The translations under genes were made by a program, and so were the position numbers. Below are positions 30,148 through 40,518 of a stretch of 64,000 bases of DNA, piece by piece. Origin of the DNA: Candidatus Obscuribacteraceae bacterium. GTDB taxonomy: Bacteria > Cyanobacteriota > Vampirovibrionia > Obscuribacterales > Obscuribacteraceae. The notes under the pieces were generated by a model. That model was not told the origin of the DNA, searched no databases, and saw only the letters and a program-made list of their open reading frames with translations. The stretch's first letter is position 1; each line of letters begins with the position of its first letter. Location of the stretch: the NCBI GenBank assembly GCA_044229845.1, contig JBGASG010000001.1, positions 288,001 to 352,000 of the forward strand. The letters are read 5' to 3'.

Positions 30148-31242
30148 GTGCCCAACTTACTTATCGCGCCCACTGCCTTTAAAGGCACGTTCTCGCCGCT
30201 TACCGTGGCTAACGCCATGTTGCAAGGGGCGCGCGATTCCCGGCGAGCTCTGTCCTGCCGCATTGTGCCACTGGCTGATGGCGGGGATGGCACTATCGAG
30301 ACTCTCAATCATGTTCTCGGTGGCGCACTGCACCCGGTAGATGTGACCGGCCCGATCGCTAAGCGTGTGTCGGCGCCCTGGCTCAAGTTGGGTGATACCG
30401 GAGTCGTTGAACTGGCTGGCGCTTGCGGTATCGCTCATCTGCAGGGACACCTCGAGCCGATGCGCGCCCACACTTATGGGCTGGGCGAATTGATGAGACA
30501 TTGCATTCACAGCGGTGTCCATAAGGTCTTCGTAGCGGTCGGCGGCAGTGCCTCCACTGATGGTGGCATGGGTGCGTTGCAGGCATTGCGTGCGGAATTC
30601 CATGGTGAGAGCGGCGAGCCGATCATCGAACGCGGCGGGGCGGCACTCAATCGCGTTGCCTACGCCAACGTGACCGGCTGCGAGCGGCTGGTCAAAGATG
30701 TGCAGGTCACTATCGTCACCGATGTCACCAACCCTCTTTTGGGACCGCAGGGTGCAGCACGCATATTTGCTCCGCAGAAGGGCGCCTCGCCTGAAGAAGT
30801 AGACTTGCTGGAGCACGGACTTGAGCGATTTGCGGACGTGATGGAAGCCACCACCAGGCGCCACTGGCGCGACCTCAAGGGCGCCGGTGCGGCCGGCGGC
30901 ACGGCTTACGGATTGGCGGTGGCACTGGATTCCAAAATAGTCCCCGGGTTCGAATGGCTGGCCAATTTGCTCAAACTCGACGAACATTTGGAGTGGGCAG
31001 ACATGGTGATCTCCGGCGAAGGACGCTTCGATAGCCAGTCGCTGCAAGGCAAAGTGCTCGGTTCACTGATCGATCGGTGTGTGCACTGGGAGAAACCTCT
31101 TACGGTTGTCACGGGTTCAATAGATGAATCGGTGGCGGTACCCTATGGTGTGCAAGTCGTTTGTGTCGAATCCGACCGGGCCAGCGAATACGACATCGCC
31201 CGCGCCGTCGAGGCTTCGCTCACAACTCAGGTAGCTGGGTGA
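30148..31242 (+). CDS. Glycerate kinase (GlxK/GarK family)
   Basis: APTAFKG, PLADGGDGT, GGSASTDGG, FAPQKGA, GAGAAGG, GEGRFDSQSLQGK. Confidence 0.95.
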   Translation: MPNLLIAPTAFKGTFSPLTVANAMLQGARDSRRALSCRIVPLADGGDGTIETLNHVLGGALHPVDVTGPIAKRVSAPWLKLGDTGVVELAGACGIAHLQGHLEPMRAHTYGLGELMRHCIHSGVHKVFVAVGGSASTDGGMGALQALRAEFHGESGEPIIERGGAALNRVAYANVTGCERLVKDVQVTIVTDVTNPLLGPQGAARIFAPQKGASPEEVDLLEHGLERFADVMEATTRRHWRDLKGAGAAGGTAYGLAVALDSKIVPGFEWLANLLKLDEHLEWADMVISGEGRFDSQSLQGKVLGSLIDRCVHWEKPLTVVTGSIDESVAVPYGVQVVCVESDRASEYDIARAVEASLTTQVAG

Positions 31243-31269
31243 TCAGAGTCTGAAATATCGAGGTGATAC

Positions 31270-32781
31270 TTGGGGCTTCCCGATCAGCAACGTCGCTTTC
31301 CATTAGCCGTTTCGGATCTCTGGCGCTGGGACGGCAGCATAGATCGCGGTCCGTATATCTTTTACGGCGTCACCCTCAGTGGTATCAAATACGGTATTGA
31401 TTCGTTCGTTTCCTGGACTTTCTTTCACAAGCCCTGGTCGTTTCTCAATTACATAATGCCGGGGCAGTCGCTCGACTTGCTGGCATTGCAGCCGCAGGAA
31501 ATCACCTATTTGCTGGCCATGATTTCGCTGGCGTTGCCTTTCATCTGGACGGGCACCACGCTGACGCTGCGCCGCTTAAGAGGAGCGGGGTTGCCTCCCT
31601 GGTTGGTTAAGCTCTTTTTTGTGCCGGTCGTCAATTTCATTATGTTCTTGACGCTGTGCGTGATGCCGACTCAGGAAGAACCTGGAATCAAACTCATCTC
31701 CGAGGACGATCGCTCGGCATTGGCAAAAGTGGAGCAAGAAGAGATCGACGGCAAGAAACAGCAGGGGGTGGCAGCGTCGGCAGCGCAGAAACCGCTTCCC
31801 GTCGTCTACTCCAAGGAAGACCGCTCGCGGAGCGCACTGTTTGCTATCTGTTCGACTGTGCCGATTGCTTCGCTCGCTCTCTGGTTCGGCACGATTTATT
31901 TGCAGGGTTATGGCTGGTGGTTGTTCATCGCCCTGCCTTTTGCCATGGGCATGGCACCGGCATATCTCTACGGCAAAGAATATCCGCGCCCATTTAAAGA
32001 ATGCGCGCTTGTCTCGATGGCGGCGGTCACCCTCTTCGGCGTCGCAATTTTCTTTTATGCCTGGGAGGGTGCCATATGCCTTTTGATGGCGGCACCCATT
32101 GGTTATGCCATCGCCATGATCGGCTGCTGGCTGGGCTGGAGCATCCAGCGGCGACCGCTGCCGGCGCGCGAGCAAAAGCTGATTATGTCGCTGATTCTGC
32201 TGGTCGTGCCTGTGCTGATGGGTGCCGAGTACGCGGAAAAACCGGAGCCGCCACTATGCGCGGTGACAACCACAATTACCGTGCCGGCGCCGCCGGATAA
32301 GGTCTGGCCAAACATCATTGCCTTCCCAGAGTTGAAGCCGCCCGACGAGCCGATTTTCTACTCTGGCATTGCCTATCCCGTCGGTGCCACCATCAACGGC
32401 AGGGGCGCGGGCGCCGTCCGCAAGTGCCGTTTTTCCACCGGCGCTTTCATAGAACCGATCACTGTCTGGCAGGAGCCAAATCTGCTGAAGTTCTCCGTGA
32501 TCGCCCAGCCGCCGCCGATGCGCGAATTCAGCTGGCGCCATGAAATCCAACCGGCCCATTTGCACGGCTATCTAAAAATACATGGCGGGCAATTCCAACT
32601 AACACCGGTTGTTCAACCCGACGGATCTGTGTTCACAGAAATCCGCGGCACCACCTGGTACCAAAACCAGATGTTCCCGGCGTCTTACTGGCGGTTCTGG
32701 ACAGACTACATCATGCACGAGATTCACTCGCGCGTGCTTCGACACATCAAGTCAGTGACCGTTACTGAGGGTTCTTCTTAA
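31270..32781 (+). CDS. Membrane protein, DUF805-like N-terminus + C-terminal SRPBCC/START-like domain
   Basis: TLRRLRGAGLPPW (DUF805-like), many TM segments, VTTTITVPAPPDKVW (SRPBCC start). Confidence 0.75.
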   Translation: MGLPDQQRRFPLAVSDLWRWDGSIDRGPYIFYGVTLSGIKYGIDSFVSWTFFHKPWSFLNYIMPGQSLDLLALQPQEITYLLAMISLALPFIWTGTTLTLRRLRGAGLPPWLVKLFFVPVVNFIMFLTLCVMPTQEEPGIKLISEDDRSALAKVEQEEIDGKKQQGVAASAAQKPLPVVYSKEDRSRSALFAICSTVPIASLALWFGTIYLQGYGWWLFIALPFAMGMAPAYLYGKEYPRPFKECALVSMAAVTLFGVAIFFYAWEGAICLLMAAPIGYAIAMIGCWLGWSIQRRPLPAREQKLIMSLILLVVPVLMGAEYAEKPEPPLCAVTTTITVPAPPDKVWPNIIAFPELKPPDEPIFYSGIAYPVGATINGRGAGAVRKCRFSTGAFIEPITVWQEPNLLKFSVIAQPPPMREFSWRHEIQPAHLHGYLKIHGGQFQLTPVVQPDGSVFTEIRGTTWYQNQMFPASYWRFWTDYIMHEIHSRVLRHIKSVTVTEGSS

Positions 32782-35428
32782 GGAAGGAGAGATCCATCGA
32801 CTGGCTGACTACCGAGTTAGCGGCTGGAACCGGCTGCGGCGGTGCGGCTTGTGGCGCGGCAGCGCCCTGAATTCCGCCTTGCAGGCTGTGAGCCGAACCG
32901 GCTGCTGACGGCATGGTGGCAGCAGCGGCTGCACCGGAACCGAATTGCTGTTGTACCGGCGCCATATTTTGTGGCGTGGCGACATCGTAAGGAATGGAGC
33001 CGGTCTGTGCCGCAGGCATCGTTTGCATGCCGGCGTCTTGCATGCCCCAGTTGCCTGCAGCTTGTGGTGCCGGACCGCTCATCGGTTCGAGACCACCACC
33101 GCTGGGTTGAGCATAACCACCCTGGCTGTATCCTTGTTGCGGCGCTGCCCAATCGGCTTGCGGTGCGCCTGGTTGCATTCCTTGCTGCATGCCTTGCATC
33201 GGTTGAATACCGACGTTGTTGGAGACCGGTGCCACTTGCGACAAGGCCGGTTGCATGACGCCATTGGCGGCGGTGCCCATCGGCACTTGTGCCAGTCCGG
33301 CGTTGATGCCCGTGGTGCCGCCGGCCGATGCCACTGCTTGCACTTGCGAGCCGGGGATAGTCAGTTGTTGTCCGGGCAGGATCAAGCGCGGGTTGGCGCC
33401 GATGACGTCGCTGTTGGCGCGATAAAGTTCGCCCCAGCGCGAGCCGTCGCCCAGATGTTTTTGCGAGAGATCCCAGAGGTTGTCGCCTGGTTGAACTGTG
33501 ATTTGCTTGCCGGCATCGGCGACAGTGTTCATTGCGCCGTCGGCGCCTGGCAATTTCAGTTCGGTACCCGAGAAAATCAAATCAGGATTTTGACCGATCA
33601 CATCGGAGTTCAATTTGTAGATTTCAGTCCAGCGCGAAGGATCGCCGAGCTGTTTCTCAGCGATGTCCCACAGGCAGTCGCCATGTTGAACGACGTAGTT
33701 GCCGCCCGGCTGATCTGTGACTGCCGGAGCTTGTGTGGCATCGGTTTGCTGAGCTTGCATCGCATCTGACTGAGACGCGTCCGGCTGAGCGGGTTGCGAT
33801 TGGGCCAGTTGCTTGTGCTCGATGTTGACGTGCTTCGGTGCTGCCGCAGGCGCGTGATGTTTCACATCGAGATGCGATGTGGCTGGATGTTTGAACGACT
33901 GCAATGGATGCCCTTGACCGGCGTGCGGAATCTGTCCGATCTTCGCGGCTTGAGCCGGTTGTGCCAGGTTGGTGACAGGCGCTGCGTGGTGTCCGGGCGG
34001 TGGCATCGAAACTCCGGACGAACTGCCGATCGGTTGATGTCCACCGGGAGCCAGCTTGTTCAAGCTGCCGCCGGATTGTTTGATAGTGTCGAAAGAAAGC
34101 TGTTTGGCGCGCAACGGAGTCATGCCGGCGCCGTCGCCCATGCCCATGTTGTTGCCGCCCATGCCCGGGCTGCCGGCTGTGGATGCCGATGGGCTGAAGC
34201 CGCCCATGGGTACGCCGCCGGTGGTGTCGTAAGCAATCAGTTGTTTGCCGCCTAAGGTATCGCTGACGCCACCGGACGGTCCGAGACCGGAGGTGTCGGC
34301 AGCTTGCTGCGGTTGACCCATTGTGTAACCGACATCGGTCGCCGGCGCTTGCGCCACTTGCGAGACCTCGGTTCCGAACGGTGAGCCATTGACGTTGAGA
34401 GCGGACGCCGGAACATTGCCGGTTGCCTGCGGCACCGCATTTGATATCGTCGTCGCCGGTACGTTGGTCGCCGAAGATGCAACGGCTGTCTGCGAACGCA
34501 TCGCGCCGGTCATCTGATCGGTGAAAAGACGCTGGCTGCCTGCCAGGTGTGCAGTGACGCCATTGCTGGAAAGCCCTGGTCCCGAAAGCGTGCCGTCGAT
34601 GCCATGCACGGAGCCGCCGGCAGAGCCGACGCCTTCGAATTGCGGTTTATGCAGATCGAGGTGTCCGGAGACGTTGAGCGAATTGCTGTTTATATGATTG
34701 AAGGAAGTTGCCGTTATGCCGGTGCTGCCGCCGTGCAACATCTGAGCATCGGCTATCGTATGCAAATTGGCATGCATGCCCAAATTGCTGAAGATGGGAG
34801 CATGTCCCGGCAAGAGCGAGAGGCTGATCGGGAAATGTCCGCTGGGGATGGCATGGAACGAAGAAGTAAGTTGTCCCGGCAGAGTATGAGCCAACCCAAT
34901 TACATTGTTGGCGGCGCTGCCGAACGAATTCCATAGATTAGTTGGATTGAAGAGTTCGACCAGATTGCCCGGCATGAAGAAAGCGCCCAACACTTCAAAG
35001 AACGAATTGGCGAGACCGGTAAACCCAGGCATCCGCATTATTAATTGAATCATCGGCGAGATGGCCGCTTCGCTGGCACCAGCGGCACCGGCCAGTGAGG
35101 CGGCCAGAGTCGAACCGCCGCCGCCTGCCGCCGACAGAACCGCGGTTTCGGCGCCCGGAAGTGGACCTGCCGGCACGACTGGAGCGACCGCTGCTGCTTC
35201 GACGCCGGTGACTGCCGGCATCTGGGCGACCATAGCCTGGTTTCCTACCGGCTGGAATATCTGATGAGATGCGCCGATATCGGAGGGACCGGAAAGATGA
35301 GATTGCGCTTCGATATTAAGACCGTTGGCTTCCGCGGGCGCAGCACCGGCACTTTGGGACATTTCGGCGCCGGCTGGGGTTGGTTCTGATGGGCGGAAGA
35401 GGGACACGGTTTTTTCGATACCTTGCAA
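32762..35428 (-). CDS. Low-complexity protein with two tandem LysM domains
   Basis: YVVQHGDCLWDIAEKQLGDPSRWTEIY and ITVQPGDNLWDLSQKHLGDGSRWGELY. Confidence 0.85.
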   Translation of the reverse strand: MQGIEKTVSLFRPSEPTPAGAEMSQSAGAAPAEANGLNIEAQSHLSGPSDIGASHQIFQPVGNQAMVAQMPAVTGVEAAAVAPVVPAGPLPGAETAVLSAAGGGGSTLAASLAGAAGASEAAISPMIQLIMRMPGFTGLANSFFEVLGAFFMPGNLVELFNPTNLWNSFGSAANNVIGLAHTLPGQLTSSFHAIPSGHFPISLSLLPGHAPIFSNLGMHANLHTIADAQMLHGGSTGITATSFNHINSNSLNVSGHLDLHKPQFEGVGSAGGSVHGIDGTLSGPGLSSNGVTAHLAGSQRLFTDQMTGAMRSQTAVASSATNVPATTISNAVPQATGNVPASALNVNGSPFGTEVSQVAQAPATDVGYTMGQPQQAADTSGLGPSGGVSDTLGGKQLIAYDTTGGVPMGGFSPSASTAGSPGMGGNNMGMGDGAGMTPLRAKQLSFDTIKQSGGSLNKLAPGGHQPIGSSSGVSMPPPGHHAAPVTNLAQPAQAAKIGQIPHAGQGHPLQSFKHPATSHLDVKHHAPAAAPKHVNIEHKQLAQSQPAQPDASQSDAMQAQQTDATQAPAVTDQPGGNYVVQHGDCLWDIAEKQLGDPSRWTEIYKLNSDVIGQNPDLIFSGTELKLPGADGAMNTVADAGKQITVQPGDNLWDLSQKHLGDGSRWGELYRANSDVIGANPRLILPGQQLTIPGSQVQAVASAGGTTGINAGLAQVPMGTAANGVMQPALSQVAPVSNNVGIQPMQGMQQGMQPGAPQADWAAPQQGYSQGGYAQPSGGGLEPMSGPAPQAAGNWGMQDAGMQTMPAAQTGSIPYDVATPQNMAPVQQQFGSGAAAAATMPSAAGSAHSLQGGIQGAAAPQAAPPQPVPAANSVVSQSMDLSFLKKNPQ

Positions 35429-35630
35429 AGGGTGGAAAGTCTCCCCAATTTAGCGGTTGGAAATGCCCGAGTCAAACGATTCATGGGAATCTTCCCACCT
35501 TGAGATCATGGGGAAATTCCCACGTTCACGTCCAAAGACATCTAAATTGTGATCGATAACGTATACCCGAGACGGTATTGCAATGAGGTCACGGCAAAAC
35601 GGTAAAATTGAGGGCTGTAAAACGCTGAGG

Positions 35631-36875
35631 ATGCTCATGAGAACACGGCCTATCTTGGTGCTCACACTGGCGGCGTTGACCGCCTCGCTCTCATCGCTGG
35701 CTCAGCCGGGCGGTGATGGGCTGAAAGCCGCAACAGTGGGCTCTCCCGGCTCTCAAATTCCCGCCTCCCCGGCGCCGTCCGTGACCGTCGAGCCGGTCGC
35801 ACCTCCCCTATTTTCGCCACCGCTGGCGCAAGCAGTGGCTGTCTACCGGGCCAACCCGCAATCACAGACGTTTGGCGAGGTATTGCGCATTCTGAAAGCG
35901 ATTCTGGTCAGCGGACCCGGTCAGCACGCCTCATCGCAGGCGATTATCAAAGCCAATCCCGCTCTGGCTGAGCTTGGTCCAAAGGTGGTCGATGCGGTTG
36001 AAGGGCGTATCTGGACCTTCAACAAGGTTACTCACGACAACGAAGCCCTGGTTCAGTGGTTCGAGGTCAAGTCGCAAACAGTGCGTGTGCGCCGCAAGAT
36101 GGTGACCACCCACTCGGTGACCACGCATTTTGAAGGGCTGCGTCTGCCTTCCGGCGTGATTCTGCGCGAAGCCCGCGTAATCGGCTCGCCTAAGCAGCTG
36201 ATTCTCTCCGGAGAGAGGCAAGGAGCGCTGTTCTTGCGCTCATACACACTGCAGGAAGGCGGCGGCTGGCGCGAAGAAGAGGGACGGTTCGCCACGATTC
36301 CATCGTTTCTCACCGACAACGTGTCCGGCAAAGTCACGTTCAAGGGCGCCGACCTGGTTTTCGTGGTTGCTCGCATGCCGCAGAAACAAACGCCAGGCGC
36401 ACCCAATCTGCCCGAAGCCGATTCCTCGACCTACAAGTTCTGGCTGCATTACGTCGATGGAAAATATGCCGTCTACGCAAGAGTGCCCAGTGAAGAGCAG
36501 TACGCAGTCGTCTACTCCTTCTTGCAGGCCATGCAAAATGGTCAGCTTGAGCTGGCCAAGAACTTTCTCGCCGATCCCAAGCTCGTCAGTCTGCCGAAGT
36601 ATGTGGGTCTGACCCGCCCGCCGAGCCAGACTTATAAGGTTGTCGAAATGGCTGTGCCACCGGCCGGACTGCACAGATACCGGCTGGTCACCTTCGGCAA
36701 GAACGACGTCATCTTCGATGTTGGCAGCGTCAGAGGGCGCACAGTTATCAAAAGCATCTTCTTCGCGCCGGCCGACTCCTATCTGCGCGAAATGAAGCAA
36801 TATCTGGCTAATTACGACAAGATTGCGCCGCCCGTGGCCCCGGCTCCCGACAAAGAAGCCGATCACGCGAAATAG
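35631..36875 (+). CDS. Secreted hypothetical protein
   Basis: Signal peptide (RTRPILVLTLAALTASLSSLA). Start chosen at 35631 (the ORF is open from 35583). Confidence 0.7.
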   Translation: MLMRTRPILVLTLAALTASLSSLAQPGGDGLKAATVGSPGSQIPASPAPSVTVEPVAPPLFSPPLAQAVAVYRANPQSQTFGEVLRILKAILVSGPGQHASSQAIIKANPALAELGPKVVDAVEGRIWTFNKVTHDNEALVQWFEVKSQTVRVRRKMVTTHSVTTHFEGLRLPSGVILREARVIGSPKQLILSGERQGALFLRSYTLQEGGGWREEEGRFATIPSFLTDNVSGKVTFKGADLVFVVARMPQKQTPGAPNLPEADSSTYKFWLHYVDGKYAVYARVPSEEQYAVVYSFLQAMQNGQLELAKNFLADPKLVSLPKYVGLTRPPSQTYKVVEMAVPPAGLHRYRLVTFGKNDVIFDVGSVRGRTVIKSIFFAPADSYLREMKQYLANYDKIAPPVAPAPDKEADHAK

Positions 36876-36931
36876 GGTTAAACACGCGGATGGCAGGCGA
36901 TTGAAGGGAATATAATTCCTGTATAGAGCGT

Positions 36932-38893
36932 TTGGCGGTTTGCTCGTTGACCAACCTGTCCTCACAGCAGCCTAATTCCGACGTCGGTTCACCGATCGAC
37001 GAAAACGACGGCTTGGCCGAGAGCTCATCCAAAGAGAGCGGTACTTACTACCCGCCCAATCTGTCCTACCGGACGTACTCGTACCGCGAAAATCTCTTTG
37101 CTGAGTTCGACCGTCTGGTGGCCGAAAACAAGCGCTTCGACGGGCTGATTATCGATGTCAGCCAGACTGGCTTTACCTTGCCCATTGACGCGCTGATCAA
37201 GTTCCACGGCTACGGTAAGCGGCTTCTGAAGCCGCAGGCCGTCATGCTCTTCATCAAGGCCGATGGCGCCATCACCCTCACCAAAGACGATCCGGGCGGC
37301 GGACTGACGCTCAATGTCTACGACAGCCCGTTCGGAATATTTGCGCGTTACCCGATGCTCGCCGATTATGTCTGTGCCACCGTATCTGGTATCGACCGTC
37401 GCCGTCTGCGTGGCGGCGGCAGCACGCTCGCTAATCACATTCTTTACACATCAACTCCTGTTTTGACCGCTCGCGGCGTCGAAATGAAACTGTCTTTCGA
37501 CGTGCCCGCACCGCAAAACTGGCTGTTGCAATTGATTGATGACTACTCGACGACCGAAGCCATTATTCGCGCCATGGAAGCCAGACATCATGTGGCTTCC
37601 GATGAAACTTTGCGTATGCTGCAAGAACTGGAAGGCGATGGTGTCATCTATCCGATTTTCTCGCGCATCCAATTTTTGGCCAATTGCTATCACAATCGCA
37701 AGCCGTTTCGTCTGGGGCGCTATATGGTGGCAGCCGGACTGGTGACGCCGTCACAGCTGGAAGAGCTGCTGGAGCTGCAGCAAGATGAAGGCTGGGGAAG
37801 AAACCAGAAAACGTTCCTCGGACTTCTGGCTGTGCGCCGCGGTTATATCAACATGCGCGAGCTGGAGGTATTGCTGCACGATCAGTATCTCTACGGCGGC
37901 TATCACAAGACAGCGGAAGGCGAAAACGAAGAAACGCGCAAACAGACGATCGAATCGATGCGCGATTCGATGATCGGCAGCCTCGGTGCCATCGATAGCG
38001 CCGGTCTTCTGCAGTCTTTTGCCACCGCCAAGAAAACCGGACTGCTGACCGTCGAAAACCGCGACAAAGCGGTCGTGGTGCAGTTCGAAGACGGCAAAGC
38101 TACCAACGCCAAACTGGGCAAGTTGAGCGGCTATTTCGCGCTGGTGGAATTTCTCGTCACTTGGACGGAAGGCATTTTCGTGTTTCGTGACAAAGGCAAC
38201 ACCAAAGATTTCGATCAAAACTCCAAGCTGAACAACGTTCTGGAGAAGATCCTGCTGGACGCGGCGCTGGCTCAGGATAATACCGCCACCATTATCAATG
38301 CCCTGCCGGGCGGACGGAACGTCATATTGGAGCGCGTCTGGAATTTCGATCAACTGTTTCTGGAGGTGCGCCATGAGCCGGCCAAGTATTTCGATGACAC
38401 ACCTATCCCCGACGAAGACAAGCCGCGGGTGCTGCGCATAGCGCAAATGGTAGATGGGTTGACGACGCTGGATGAAGTGATCAAACAAGCTGACGACTGG
38501 CCGACGCACATGGTACTGAAGGCGGTGCAATGGCTGATCGACCATAAACTGATCACGGTGCAGCAAACCAGCTTGTTCCGCCCGCTGACAGTCTTTCAAC
38601 GCGTCGCCATGGAATTGCAGGAACATATTGGTGTCGAACACAATAAAGCAATTCTGGACGCCAGTTTGCAGTATGTGCACGGCGAAACTCCGGCGTTGCA
38701 GCGCTTTAACATCGACCGAGAAGGTCGGGTAAGCGTCAATCTGGCTCAGGTCAAAAGTTCGGGAACGCCCGTGTCGGTGGTACTGATCGAATTGCGTCGC
38801 TGGATGGAAGCGTATCTCGCTTACTGTCGCCGGCAGTGCGATCCGAGTCTGGTGGACAATATTGTCGCCAGTATCGTGCATACGACGATGTAA
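36932..38893 (+). CDS. Multidomain signalling protein: STAS-like / wHTH / MshEN / DUF4388 (PATAN) / wHTH
   Basis: RLGRYMVAAGLVTPSQLEELLELQ tandem MshEN motif; GSLGAIDSAGLLQSFATAKKTGLLTV...WTEGIFVF (DUF4388); LIIDVSQTGF (STAS-like). Confidence 0.8.
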   Translation: MAVCSLTNLSSQQPNSDVGSPIDENDGLAESSSKESGTYYPPNLSYRTYSYRENLFAEFDRLVAENKRFDGLIIDVSQTGFTLPIDALIKFHGYGKRLLKPQAVMLFIKADGAITLTKDDPGGGLTLNVYDSPFGIFARYPMLADYVCATVSGIDRRRLRGGGSTLANHILYTSTPVLTARGVEMKLSFDVPAPQNWLLQLIDDYSTTEAIIRAMEARHHVASDETLRMLQELEGDGVIYPIFSRIQFLANCYHNRKPFRLGRYMVAAGLVTPSQLEELLELQQDEGWGRNQKTFLGLLAVRRGYINMRELEVLLHDQYLYGGYHKTAEGENEETRKQTIESMRDSMIGSLGAIDSAGLLQSFATAKKTGLLTVENRDKAVVVQFEDGKATNAKLGKLSGYFALVEFLVTWTEGIFVFRDKGNTKDFDQNSKLNNVLEKILLDAALAQDNTATIINALPGGRNVILERVWNFDQLFLEVRHEPAKYFDDTPIPDEDKPRVLRIAQMVDGLTTLDEVIKQADDWPTHMVLKAVQWLIDHKLITVQQTSLFRPLTVFQRVAMELQEHIGVEHNKAILDASLQYVHGETPALQRFNIDREGRVSVNLAQVKSSGTPVSVVLIELRRWMEAYLAYCRRQCDPSLVDNIVASIVHTTM

Positions 38894-39006
38894 CTCATTG
38901 AAACCGAGCTGGTCGCGTCCGGCAGCCCATGGGCAACGACTGGCTGTGCTGGTCCCAGCCGGGCGCGGTAAAATTGCCCAACCGGCAACCAGTGGTTCTT
39001 CAATCT

Positions 39007-40518
39007 ATGGAATTTACAAGAGAAACCAACCCCATATCCGCTTGCACTGCAGAAGCCGTGATCATCGGTGTTTTTGCCGATGAGAAACCGGCGGATGCGC
39101 TGGCTAAAGTGGACAGCGAGATGCCCGAAGAAGTTTTGAATCAGGTGAGGGAGGCCGCCGAGTTGGACGGCTTCAAGGGCAAGGCGCGAGAACTGTTGAG
39201 CTGGAAGTCATTCGGCAAGATACCGGCGAAGTCGCTTCTCTTTATCGGTCTCGGTGATGAAAAGGAATACGACCTTTCCACGTCCAGGCGTTATGCGGCA
39301 ATTGCTGCGCGCGGTGTCAACAAAACGGCTAAGTCCGCCTGCCTGGTTCTGCGCCGTCAGGCTCTTTTAGCCGATGTGCAGGCGATGGTGGAAGGCTGGC
39401 ACCTGGCTTCTTACTCGTTCAACAAATACAAATCACAACCCGATGAGGCGAAAGAGAAAAAAGGTGTGACGGCGGTGGCAATCAAAGCCGAAGGCGTTGA
39501 GCATGCCGACTTTGCCGCCGCGATCAGAGCCGGCGATGTGATTGGTGAGGCTGTCAATTTTGCGCGCGACCTGATCGCCGAGCCGGCATCATATATGACA
39601 CCAACGCGGCTGGCCGAAAACGCTGTGGCGCTCGCCGGCGATAATCTGACCGTCGAAGTTCTGGAAGCATCGCAGGCGGAAAATCTCGGCATGGGAGCTT
39701 TCCTTGGTGTCGCCCGTGGTGCTGAGGAGCCGCCCAAGTTCATCTATATGCGTTATACCGGCGGCGCTGACGCCAAGAGAACTGTGGCTATATGCGGAAA
39801 GGGTATTACTTTCGACTCCGGCGGACTGTCGCTGAAGACGGCAGCGGGCATGGAGCATATGAAATACGACATGTCGGGCGCGGCGGTCGTGCTGGCGGTC
39901 ATGAAAGCCATCGCGCAACTCAATCCTCCTTTGAATGTGTTGGGCATTGTGGCGGCAACTGAAAACATGCCCGGGCATCGAGCCCTGCATCCAGGCGATG
40001 TGCTGGTGGCTATGAACGGCAAGACCATCGAAGTCAACAATACCGATGCCGAAGGCCGCTTGATTCTGGCTGACGCGTTGTCTTACGCCGTCCAGCAAAA
40101 CCCCGACGAAATAATTGATATCGCCACTTTGACGGGAGCCGTCGTCACGGCGCTTGGACGAGCGGCGGCGGGCATCATGGGCAGCAACCGCAAGCTCATG
40201 GAAAGTCTGGTGGAAAGCGGTAAATCCGCAGGTGAGAAACTCTGGCCGCTGCCGCTCTTCGATGAATACAAAGACAGCCTCAAGAGTGACATTGCCGACT
40301 TGAAAAACGCCGGCTCCAAGGGCGAAGCATCCACGTCATGCGCCGGTATGTTCTTAAAAGAGTTTGTCGATGGAAAGCCCTGGGCGCATTTGGATATCGC
40401 CGGCCCCGCCTGGATGGACAAAGAGAAAGACGAAATCAATAAAGGCGGCACCGCATTTGGTGTGCGCCTGCTCATGTACTACCTGCTCAACGGCGGCGAA
40501 TCAACCGGAGCGCCGTAG
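39007..40518 (+). CDS. pepA: Leucyl aminopeptidase (M17)
   Basis: GKGITFDSGG, MKYDMSG, NTDAEGRL, WAHLDIAG. Confidence 0.97.
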   Translation: MEFTRETNPISACTAEAVIIGVFADEKPADALAKVDSEMPEEVLNQVREAAELDGFKGKARELLSWKSFGKIPAKSLLFIGLGDEKEYDLSTSRRYAAIAARGVNKTAKSACLVLRRQALLADVQAMVEGWHLASYSFNKYKSQPDEAKEKKGVTAVAIKAEGVEHADFAAAIRAGDVIGEAVNFARDLIAEPASYMTPTRLAENAVALAGDNLTVEVLEASQAENLGMGAFLGVARGAEEPPKFIYMRYTGGADAKRTVAICGKGITFDSGGLSLKTAAGMEHMKYDMSGAAVVLAVMKAIAQLNPPLNVLGIVAATENMPGHRALHPGDVLVAMNGKTIEVNNTDAEGRLILADALSYAVQQNPDEIIDIATLTGAVVTALGRAAAGIMGSNRKLMESLVESGKSAGEKLWPLPLFDEYKDSLKSDIADLKNAGSKGEASTSCAGMFLKEFVDGKPWAHLDIAGPAWMDKEKDEINKGGTAFGVRLLMYYLLNGGESTGAP

